Assembly: GCA_037481835.1 (NCBI GenBank)
Contig: JBBFKW010000026.1
Span: 1-14,741 of the forward strand
DNA from: Desulfosoma sp.
Lineage (GTDB): Bacteria; Desulfobacterota; Syntrophobacteria; Syntrophobacterales; DSM-9756
Direction of reading: 5' to 3'
DNA: 14,741 nt
Shown: piece by piece, positions 1 to 10,037 of the stretch
Layout of the letters: each line of letters begins with the position of its first letter
Position numbering within the stretch: the stretch's first letter is position 1
Notes under the pieces: model-generated
What the model was told of the DNA's origin: nothing
The model's database searches: none
What the model saw: the letters and a program-made list of their open reading frames with translations, nothing else
Position numbers and translations under genes: made by a program

Positions 1-9
1 AGTAAGCTC

Positions 10-102
10 TCACAGGGTAGATTTTTTGCTGGCGACCTCGGCGGCTCTGAGGGTGATCCCCTTCATTCTCGCAAGTTCCTCGATGAGCTTTTTCCTGGTC
101 AT
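10..102 (-). pseudogene. Truncated HU/IHF-like nucleoid protein (N-terminal helices only, 30 aa)
   Basis: ATG at 102 preceded by TAAGG. MTRKKLIEELARMKGITLRAAEVA resembles the HU/IHF N-terminus (M.K.ELIE.LA...G.T...AE). TGA at 10-12 stops it before the beta-arm region. Confidence 0.45.
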
Positions 103-112
103 TCGTGTTGCC

Positions 113-994
113 TTATTTGCTGATTTTAATGATTTTGGGTTCCAGCCCGGAGAGTTTCTCTCTCGTCGGGAAATTGAATCGTCCGCCCAAGAAAACTTCA
201 TTCCAGATAGAGAAAAGCTGCGCAGTGGCCATCACGTCCTCTGCGCAGTATTCCGCGATCTCCTGGTGCTTTCCTTCATGGTGAGCCTTCCAAACGTCCT
301 TTCCGCCCATGCCCGTTTTGACCGGAATGCCGGCCAGGTAGCAAGCTGCGGCAAGGGAGATGGGGGTATTGGACCCGTCCATGATCTCCCAACAGAGATC
401 AACATGGTATTTGGTGTAGCGGTTTCGGTAGTTGGCCGCCTTGTCTTCCCACTTGTCGTAGTTGTCGCAGTACAGGGCGACTCGACCACGTTCCAGGGGA
501 TCCAGATGCCTTGCGTACTTCAGTGTCCTAGCGACAATCGCCGGCATGTCGAACCTCGTGCCGTTAAAGCTCACCAGGCAAGGAAAACCAAGGATGTTGA
601 TGACATTTTGGGGCCTTACTTCATAGAGCATTGCTTCCCGAAACCGCAACCAGAAGTGCTTGATTAGTTCCATTTCGGAACCGTGCGCTGATGCAAGGTC
701 CAGGCTGAATGCCCCGTCCCCGCTTGGCTTGATGACGAGGGTGGATACTGCGACAATCTGGTGAAAATGGGGTTGGAGAAATGCGCCCTGAGCAACCGGC
801 TCCCCATTTTGTCCGGCACGCATGCATTGGAGCTTTTCCTTTTCCTTGTCTTTGCCGACGACTTCCACCATCTCCGTATCCGGAACCGTTTCGATGTCAA
901 AGACAAGGAACGTTGTGATCCTTCCGACCGAGTCTTTCCTCTTTGCCAAAATATAAGCCCCATCATGAAGAACCTTCGTTTCTTGTTTGCCCAT
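113..994 (-). CDS. PolB-like DEDDy 3'-5' exonuclease (DNA_pol_B_exo2-type), 293 aa
   Basis: ExoI VFDIETVPD, ExoII SFNGTRFDMP and ExoIII YCAEDVMAT, plus HVDL and GIPVKTGMGGKDV segments typical of this family. Start moved to ATG 994 (MGKQ), which follows an AAAGGGG RBS. Confidence 0.85.
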   Translation of the reverse strand: MGKQETKVLHDGAYILAKRKDSVGRITTFLVFDIETVPDTEMVEVVGKDKEKEKLQCMRAGQNGEPVAQGAFLQPHFHQIVAVSTLVIKPSGDGAFSLDLASAHGSEMELIKHFWLRFREAMLYEVRPQNVINILGFPCLVSFNGTRFDMPAIVARTLKYARHLDPLERGRVALYCDNYDKWEDKAANYRNRYTKYHVDLCWEIMDGSNTPISLAAACYLAGIPVKTGMGGKDVWKAHHEGKHQEIAEYCAEDVMATAQLFSIWNEVFLGGRFNFPTREKLSGLEPKIIKISK

Positions 995-1083
995 GATGAT
1001 TTTCCCCTTTAATATCGAAGTGTTTTGGTTGATAATATATAAAAAGACAAAGAAGTCAAACAAGACACAAGGGAGGACGGTAA
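995..1083. promoter_or_regulatory. AT-rich divergent promoter region between the exonuclease and mucR
   Basis: 89-bp intergenic stretch between divergent starts containing TTGATAATATATAAAAAG, with an RBS at each end. Exact -35/-10 boxes are not assigned. Confidence 0.45.
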
Positions 1084-1521
1084 ATGGGAAAACTATTGGA
1101 AATGGCGGCTTCCATCGTGGAAGCCCAAGCGGCAGGCTCTTCGCTTAGTACGGACGAAGTGGCGGAATCTCTACGCAGGGTCTTCAACGTCATCCGCGAA
1201 CTGGAGGCGGTCGAGTGCGGCGGACAACCGGAAACCACCCCGGTTCCAAAGGTACGAGCCGAACAGGTATCTCCCGCCGAGTCCATTCAGGACGATTACG
1301 TAGTGTGCCTTGAGTGCGGCCACCAATTCAACCAGATTACGGCTAATCACCTCAAGAGCCACGGACTGACTCCCCGGGAGTACAAGAAGAAGTGGGGATT
1401 TCGCCTGAAGGACTCGTTGGCCTGCAAGAATCTCCAGCAGAGCCGAAGCGAGGCGGCGAAGAAGAGGGGGATTCCGAAAGAGCTGAAAGAATACCACGAG
1501 AAAAGGCGAAAGCGGGCATAG
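1084..1521 (+). CDS. mucR: MucR/Ros family zinc-finger regulator, 145 aa
   Basis: N-terminal LLEMAASIVEAQ, then PAESIQDDYVVCLECG...HLKSHGLTPREYKKKWG...LAC...SRSEAAKKRG. GGAGG RBS upstream. Confidence 0.92.
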   Translation: MGKLLEMAASIVEAQAAGSSLSTDEVAESLRRVFNVIRELEAVECGGQPETTPVPKVRAEQVSPAESIQDDYVVCLECGHQFNQITANHLKSHGLTPREYKKKWGFRLKDSLACKNLQQSRSEAAKKRGIPKELKEYHEKRRKRA

Positions 1522-1524
1522 ACG

Positions 1525-1561
1525 AAGAAAAGGCGCCTTCGGGAAGAAGGCGCCTTTTCTT
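1525..1561. terminator. Intrinsic, probably bidirectional, terminator
   Basis: Perfect 16-bp stem AAGAAAAGGCGCCTTC / GAAGGCGCCTTTTCTT with a 5-nt loop, 3 nt after the mucR stop. The stem ends are A-rich on the left and T-rich on the right. Confidence 0.8.
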
Positions 1562-1614
1562 AAATGCGGGGAAAGAGCCAATGCCGGGGGTCGGCATGGG
1601 GAGAGAAAGCGCAG

Positions 1615-1878
1615 ATGGAAACCATCTTCGACCACGACCCCACACCCGAAGAACTGGACTTGATTTTTAATATCCGGTCCTCCGAAGACATGGAATCATA
1701 CAGGCGGATGATGGCCGGCGACGCAGACACCCAACTGGGTGAGATCGCCCGCCTGTATCTCCACCGTGGACAACCGGACCGTGCGGCCCAATATCTGGCA
1801 TCCATCGACGACCCAAGTTACCGATGGACGCTGGAGATGGCCTACCTTGCTCCCGATCTGCTTGCTCCCGAATCATAA
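1615..1878 (+). CDS. Small acidic hypothetical protein, 87 aa, with one TPR-like helix pair
   Basis: ATG at 1615 (METIFDHD) after GGGGAGAG. IARLYLHRGQPDRAAQYL resembles a TPR-like motif. The upstream ATG at 1564 abuts the terminator and is less likely. Confidence 0.65.
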   Translation: METIFDHDPTPEELDLIFNIRSSEDMESYRRMMAGDADTQLGEIARLYLHRGQPDRAAQYLASIDDPSYRWTLEMAYLAPDLLAPES

Positions 1879-1915
1879 AATTTCGGGCAGACTGAGCCCT
1901 TGGCGCCTTGCCTTT

Positions 1916-2354
1916 TCAATGTGGCAAAAAAGCCAACGCCTTGGATTTTGCAACACAAATCGACGCCACCAGAATCAACCCGACATAGTCGTCTTCATGA
2001 AGCTCCCCGTCCGATAGAGAGGGTGATGCACGTAACGGCCAAAGATCCGGACCGCCGCGCAGGAAAACATATCCGCGAAGATATGGAGTATCCCGCCTAA
2101 GGGAATCGCCCAGATGGGCCAACCTGCTCCGGGCTGCATGGAAACCAAAAACGCGATCACCATGGCGATCAGCCACCGCCCAGCTCGTGGCTCGATCCCC
2201 GGTGTCGCATGAGCCGGGGGCTTCGCGGCCCCAGAGGTGTTTCAATGAGGTCCGGAAGGATTGAAGATGGCGCAATCATAACTATGGTCGGAATCGGAAG
2301 GCCGAGAGCCGCGCCAACGCAACCGCCGATGATCTTGTGGGAATGCCAACGCAT
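1916..2354 (-). pseudogene. Frameshifted YdjM-like inner-membrane metal-dependent hydrolase
   Basis: AAGGAGG RBS. First frame has WHSH, SILPDLIE and HRGSSHE. Second frame has WLIAMVIAFLV and GGILHIFADMF...LYRTGS. Third frame gives a hydrophobic tail YVGLILVASICVA. This implies shifts near 2180 and near 2000. Confidence 0.7.
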
Positions 2355-2768
2355 CAGCTTCCTCCTTTTCCGTTTTTACTTCTCACCATTCATTTACGGG
2401 AAAGGCGAAAGGGTTTGCGTAGGATCTGGCGGAAGATAAGGCCTTCTTCCTCCGTCAAGAAAAACGCAACATTAGATTAGGTCTCTGACCATGGAAAGCT
2501 TCTCAACTGCAACGAATCAGACGCGGGAACGACTTCACCGGCTTCCCCAATGCCTTTGCTTTCATGTGACGATAAAGGCGGTTTGGAAGGCCTCGTCCCG
2601 ATGCCCATGCCATACCAGGGCGGCTGGCTCCCCTGTCCAAAAACACCGCATCGTCCGCCGAACCTGTTCCCGTCATACGCCCCAAAACCATTTGCTGACC
2701 GAGTGCTGCGTTGGGGTCATCCCCGGGAGTTAAGCACCCCATGACTTTGCAGGATGCAATAAAATAGT

Positions 2769-2796
2769 TTGACTAAACAACAGGTTGCCATATAGT
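2769..2796 (+). promoter_or_regulatory. Sigma70-type promoter candidate for the parA operon
   Basis: TTGACT (2769-2774), 16-nt spacer, TATAGT (2791-2796), with AT-rich AATAAAATAG just upstream. Lies about 50 nt before the parA start. Confidence 0.55.
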
Positions 2797-2847
2797 CTCC
2801 ATCGCATGTGGTGTGCCGTTGAGCATACACGACAGCGAGGAGGCTTT

Positions 2848-3648
2848 ATGATCATCACAGTCGGCAACAACAAGGGGGGTGTCGGCAAGACCAGCGTTAC
2901 CGTCAATCTCGCGGCAAGTCTTGGACGGCAGGGGGTCAAGACGCTGGTCGTGGACCTGGACAGTCAATGCAACGCGACGAGCATCTTAATAGGAAATCCC
3001 AACATGCGCGCTCCGTGTCTTTACGACCTCCTCGACCCGGAGGCGGACGGAGTGAGCGTCGAGGAGTGCATCTCGGACACCAGGCACATCAATGTCTGGT
3101 GTCTGAGCAATGTGGAAGATTCGAGCATGTTGGACATTCCTCTTGGCCGTGGCATTCCCGAAAGTCTCTCTCTGCTCCGAAACCGGCTGCGCGATCATGC
3201 CATTGCGAACTACGATGTGACCCTCATCGACACTCCTCCAACCATCGGACTGTGGCTTACGCTGGCTCTTGTGGCAAGTGACTGCGCCATCGTGCCCATC
3301 CACGCCTGTTCCAGCCACAGCGTAGAAGGCCTCCGTCGGGTCATTGATCTTATCAATGTCACCCGGGCGAGCCGCAACCCTGATCTTCGCTTTCTTCGAT
3401 TGCTCGTGAACCTTGCGGATTCTCGCACACTGGTGACGCGCCACGTGTTGGCGCTCGTCAAGGAGCGGTTTCCCGGACAAGCCTTTGAGACGATCATTCC
3501 TCTCAATACCCACGTGCAACAGGCGGAACTTTTGGGCAAGACCGTGTTTGAGCGGGACCCTACGTGCCGTGCCGCCAGGGCCTATCGCGCCCTGGCCAGG
3601 GAGTTGTCGGCCATGCTGAACATTCACGGGAGGGAATCCGATGAGTAG
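2848..3648 (+). CDS. parA: ParA/Soj family partition ATPase, 266 aa
   Basis: Deviant Walker A NNKGGVGKT, A' VVDLDSQCNAT, Walker B LIDTPP and C-terminal AARAYRALAREL. ATG at 2848 follows GAGGAGG. Confidence 0.95.
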   Translation: MIITVGNNKGGVGKTSVTVNLAASLGRQGVKTLVVDLDSQCNATSILIGNPNMRAPCLYDLLDPEADGVSVEECISDTRHINVWCLSNVEDSSMLDIPLGRGIPESLSLLRNRLRDHAIANYDVTLIDTPPTIGLWLTLALVASDCAIVPIHACSSHSVEGLRRVIDLINVTRASRNPDLRFLRLLVNLADSRTLVTRHVLALVKERFPGQAFETIIPLNTHVQQAELLGKTVFERDPTCRAARAYRALARELSAMLNIHGRESDE

Positions 3649-5065
3649 TAGCCAGGACGACCGGCAGCTTCCGCCCAGGAGGAAACGCAAGAGCTTCCTG
3701 GATCTCATTCGGGAAAGCACTCCCCCGATTGTGGATGCGCTCGATCAGTCCAAGGCACTGCTGGACCAGATGATGGCAAATGAGAAGAGCCCCCAAGCAG
3801 GGGTATCAGCACATGAAAAAGCAGGTGCATCGGCAGATGGAAAAGCAGATGAATCAGCAGATGGTGGCCGACAGGCGCCTCTGAAGGCGCCTGCGGAGGC
3901 GCCTCTATCGGCAGGTGCATCGGCGCATAAAAAAGCAGATAGATCAGCGGACGGAAAAGCAGGGGTATCAGCACATGGAAAAGCAGGTGCAGCGGCATAC
4001 GAAACAGCAGATGAATCAGCATATGGAAAAGCAGGTCAATCGGCAGATGAAACAGCAGGTTCATCAGCACATGGAAAGGCAGGTGGATCATCACACGTAA
4101 AAGCCGTTGCATCAGCATATGAAAAAGCGGGTGGATCGGCATATGGAACAGCAGGTGAATCAGCATATGAAAAAGCAGGTCAATCGGCAGATGAAACAGC
4201 AGGTGCAGCGGCACATGGAAAAGCAGGTGCATACATTCTTCAAATGCCCAGTTTTACAGAGAAAGAAGCTCTCGTTTATGAAATTCTAAAAAAATTGGGT
4301 GGCCGGGAAACGTCCCAGGACAGAATCGCAAGGGCGATCGGGGGGAGCTATTCTCATGTGAGAAAGGTTATTTCGGACCTTCAAAAAGCAGGTGTTTTGC
4401 TCGGGCAAAAGAAGGTTCTCCGTGGGCGTAAGGTGGTCTCGTTTTCCGTGGTGCCCGTGGACTACGTGTGTGCGAGCGCCGACGATGTTGTGGCCAAGAT
4501 CAAAAGGATCAAGTGGGATTCCCTTGAGGTCTTCCCTAAGATAGATAGATCTTTCAATAAGAATCTATCTATCTGCGACGAGAGCGAAGAGGCGGCGGGA
4601 GGCGCGTGCGAGGAATTTGACCCCTCCCTCTACCCGGACCTTGCCCGGATCGGTTTCGGCCCAACCCAGATGCGCCAGATCCGCCAAGCCTGGCAGAAGC
4701 TGGGTTTGGCTTTGGACGGCCTACCGGAAGCCCTGGACCGAGCAAACTGGATGGCGAGACCGGAAAACTGTGTGGAGATCAAAAACCCTCTAGGCTATAT
4801 CACGATGGCGCTTAAAAACGGCATGCCGTCTCCGCCCCCCGGATACAAAAGCCGCCAGGAACTGGTTGCCGAGGCCATGCGAGAGAAGGCGGAAAAGATT
4901 CGACAGTTGCAGCACCAATACTTCGAGGACGCCTTTACGGTCTGGTGGCATGAGCTGGATGAGTCGGAACGGCGGCGGATCGACGCCGAAAACAGAACCA
5001 GGGCGATGTATGATGTGCATCGCCGTGAATTTTTCAAGCGACACGTCTTTAAGCCTCTAACCTGA
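3641..5065 (+). CDS. Winged-helix protein with an internal repeat tract; probable replication initiator and/or partition adaptor, 474 aa
   Basis: Overlaps the parA stop by 8 nt. Ala/Gly/Ser repeat tract, then a wHTH (FTEKEALVYEIL...SQDRIARAIGGSYSHVRKVISDLQKAGVL) at about 4253-4455, then IKNPLGYI...PPPGYKS resembling the NPxGY segment of Rep-like C-termini. The ORF is well supported; the function is inferred. Confidence 0.6.
   Translation: MSSSQDDRQLPPRRKRKSFLDLIRESTPPIVDALDQSKALLDQMMANEKSPQAGVSAHEKAGASADGKADESADGGRQAPLKAPAEAPLSAGASAHKKADRSADGKAGVSAHGKAGAAAYETADESAYGKAGQSADETAGSSAHGKAGGSSHVKAVASAYEKAGGSAYGTAGESAYEKAGQSADETAGAAAHGKAGAYILQMPSFTEKEALVYEILKKLGGRETSQDRIARAIGGSYSHVRKVISDLQKAGVLLGQKKVLRGRKVVSFSVVPVDYVCASADDVVAKIKRIKWDSLEVFPKIDRSFNKNLSICDESEEAAGGACEEFDPSLYPDLARIGFGPTQMRQIRQAWQKLGLALDGLPEALDRANWMARPENCVEIKNPLGYITMALKNGMPSPPPGYKSRQELVAEAMREKAEKIRQLQHQYFEDAFTVWWHELDESERRRIDAENRTRAMYDVHRREFFKRHVFKPLT
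3797..4234 (+). repeat. Intragenic degenerate 12-bp tandem array (higher-order 24 bp), 33 units
   Basis: 6 units at 3797-3868 and 27 units at 3911-4234, consensus about GCANNTGNAWMR (e.g. GCAGGTGCATCG, GCACATGGAAAA, GCAGATGAATCA). A 42-bp spacer holds AGGCGCCT three times. Confidence 0.95.
4539..4574. repeat. AT-rich perfect 12-bp inverted repeat inside the Rep-like gene
   Basis: AGATAGATAGAT (4539-4550), spacer CTTTCAATAAGA, ATCTATCTATCT (4563-4574). Confidence 0.9.
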
Positions 5066-5234
5066 GTCCGTCATGGTTAAGTGGATGAGCCTCTCCGGAT
5101 CCCTTGGAGAACCTTTTTTGAGCACCGCGATGGCCGATTTTCACGACGAAGGGACGGCCGCGATGCTCAACAAATATGCTCTCAGGGCTCCAAGGTGGAT
5201 CTTCGCTGTTTTGTGTGGAAATCGAAAAAACGAT

Positions 5235-5526
5235 AACGATGCCGTCGACCAGGTCCGGCGCCACGAGCAGAAGGAGCGACCGGAATTAAAAGGAAGTCGT
5301 TTCGTCTGGCTAAAGAATGAGAGCGACCTCACCCCCAAACAGAGAGAGTTGCGAGAAACGTTGAGCATGAAAAGGCTCCACCTGAAAACGGCTCGTGCCT
5401 ACCCCATCAAGTTGGCCTTCCGGCAATTCTATGAACAGCCCCCCGAACACGCAGAAGTTTACCTTCAACGCTGGTTTTTCTGGGCAACCCACAGCCATTT
5501 AGAGGCAATCATCAAGGCAGCCTATA
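5235..5526 (+). pseudogene. Internal fragment of an ISL3-family transposase
   Basis: NDAVDQVRRHEQKERPELKGSRFVWLKNESDLTPKQ...LKTARAYPIKLAFRQFY...YLQRWFFWATHSHLEAIIKAA matches the ISL3 central region. The preceding FDRFH motif and the following HW.GI...EG.N motifs are absent. No terminal repeats seen. Confidence 0.85.
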
Positions 5527-5547
5527 GGCGAAGGAAGGAGAGAATCC

Positions 5548-5979
5548 ATGGGTGAATTCATCGGAATTGCAACACGTATCGCAAGGCAAATCAGCGCAAT
5601 GGCAGCTGAACAAGGCGGGATAAGTCCCCAGGATCTACCTGAAATTGGATCGAGAGCTGCAGGTAGAGAAGAAATCAATATTTATCCTGGTGTTCCTGGT
5701 TACAGGTGTCATGAACTGTCCCTTTTTATTTCCTTGTCTTCTCCTACGGTTGTCAAAGGCAGGCGTGGCCACCTGTCATGTAGGCAGGCCCTCGAAAAGA
5801 TGGTGCAACATATGCAAGGAACGTGCATGGGAAAAACTAACATTGCGATTTTAGTTACTGATAGTTGGGATGCTGCTGCAGCTGATGAATGGGCAGGGAA
5901 TTTACGTCAGATAGCAAGAATGGCACATCTAGAAATTTATTTAATTGCTGGGCCAAATGTTTCACAAATCTACATGTGA
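5548..5979 (+). CDS. Hypothetical protein, 143 aa, integron gene-cassette ORF
   Basis: AAGGAG RBS, AT-rich codon usage unlike its neighbours, and a stop 6 nt before an attC site. Confidence 0.8.
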   Translation: MGEFIGIATRIARQISAMAAEQGGISPQDLPEIGSRAAGREEINIYPGVPGYRCHELSLFISLSSPTVVKGRRGHLSCRQALEKMVQHMQGTCMGKTNIAILVTDSWDAAAADEWAGNLRQIARMAHLEIYLIAGPNVSQIYM

Positions 5980-5985
5980 AAAATC

Positions 5986-6058
5986 GCCTAACAAATCGCT
6001 CCACCTTACCGCTATTCCGCTGGCGCTCTATAGCGGCAGGTGAGCCTGGTCGTTAGTC
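5986..6058 (+). mobile_element. attC integron recombination site, 73 bp
   Basis: R'' GCCTAAC (5986-5992), 5-nt spacer, L'' GCTCCACC (5998-6005), inner stem CCGCTAT/ATAGCGG, L' GGTGAGC (6039-6045), 6-nt spacer, R' GTTAGTC (6052-6058). L'' has the diagnostic extra base relative to L'. Confidence 0.88.
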
Positions 6059-6221
6059 GTCTTCAGGAGACAAGGAAACGCTGAGGGGAAAAGCGCTTGG
6101 GGATGTTGAAGGCGGCCTGACCTGTCCACTACTTTGGATAGAGCTGCGCGGTTCCTTCCACCGACAGTGGATGAAACGATAGCCGGGCAGGGTGTTCAGG
6201 GGTGATCGGTGGCCGCGTTTT

Positions 6222-9818
<3,597 letters not shown>

Positions 9819-9894
9819 GCCGTGATCTCCGCCGTGCGTACCGTGTCCAACCCAACTTTCATGGCCCACTTTGCGCACCCCGCATGGATGTCAT

Positions 9895-9914
9895 GTCCAT
9901 TTGCGTCCATTTGC
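9895..9914 (+). repeat. 10-bp tandem repeat (GTCCATTTGC x2) in the recC-recB spacer
   Basis: GTCCATTTGC GTCCATTTGC followed by GGTT, seen directly. Confidence 0.6.
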
Positions 9915-9974
9915 GGTTCTCTTTCACCTTGCCTGAGCGATTTCACCGGGTTTCTCTCTCACCGCGCGATTCGC

Positions 9975-10037
9975 GGGCGGGGATAAACCCCGCCCCTACG
10001 CAGCGCCTCTATGTAGGGGCGGGCTTTACGCCCGCCC
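9975..10037. repeat. Inverted pair of GTAG-type REP elements (REPIN-like doublet)
   Basis: Minus strand 9975-9999 reads GTAGGGGCGGGGTTTATCCCCGCCC. Plus strand 10013-10037 reads GTAGGGGCGGGCTTTACGCCCGCCC. They are 13 nt apart, and each is GTAG plus a GC-rich hairpin. Confidence 0.85.

Larger units (their letters stand above)
1..5065. mobile_element. Putative integrated plasmid/ICE-like module; left end lies outside the window
   Basis: Gene content is parA plus a Rep-like wHTH gene, MucR, an exonuclease, an HU-like stub and a decayed gene. GC is visibly lower than in recBC. No integrase, att site or relaxase is visible, so the boundaries are inferred. Confidence 0.5.

Noticed and set aside
26..667. 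213-aa plus-strand ORF
   Set aside because: Antisense shadow of the exonuclease gene, with no recognisable motifs.
2491..2744. Several 64-80 aa ORFs upstream of parA
   Set aside because: They overlap in conflicting frames and have no motifs or convincing RBS. A decayed gene here cannot be excluded.
3705..4289. His/Leu-rich minus ORF and Gln/Met-rich plus ORFs; also the array as a possible CRISPR
   Set aside because: They are by-products of a 12-bp period repeat that keeps several frames open. There are no unique spacers between units, so it is not a CRISPR array.
5214..5222. TGTGGAAAT as a DnaA box downstream of the Rep-like gene
   Set aside because: A single copy with a mismatch to TTWTNCACA is expected by chance.
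5073..5555. 160-aa ORF as an intact gene
   Set aside because: It joins an unrelated 5' stretch, an internal ISL3 fragment and the cassette leader, and lacks the full catalytic set.
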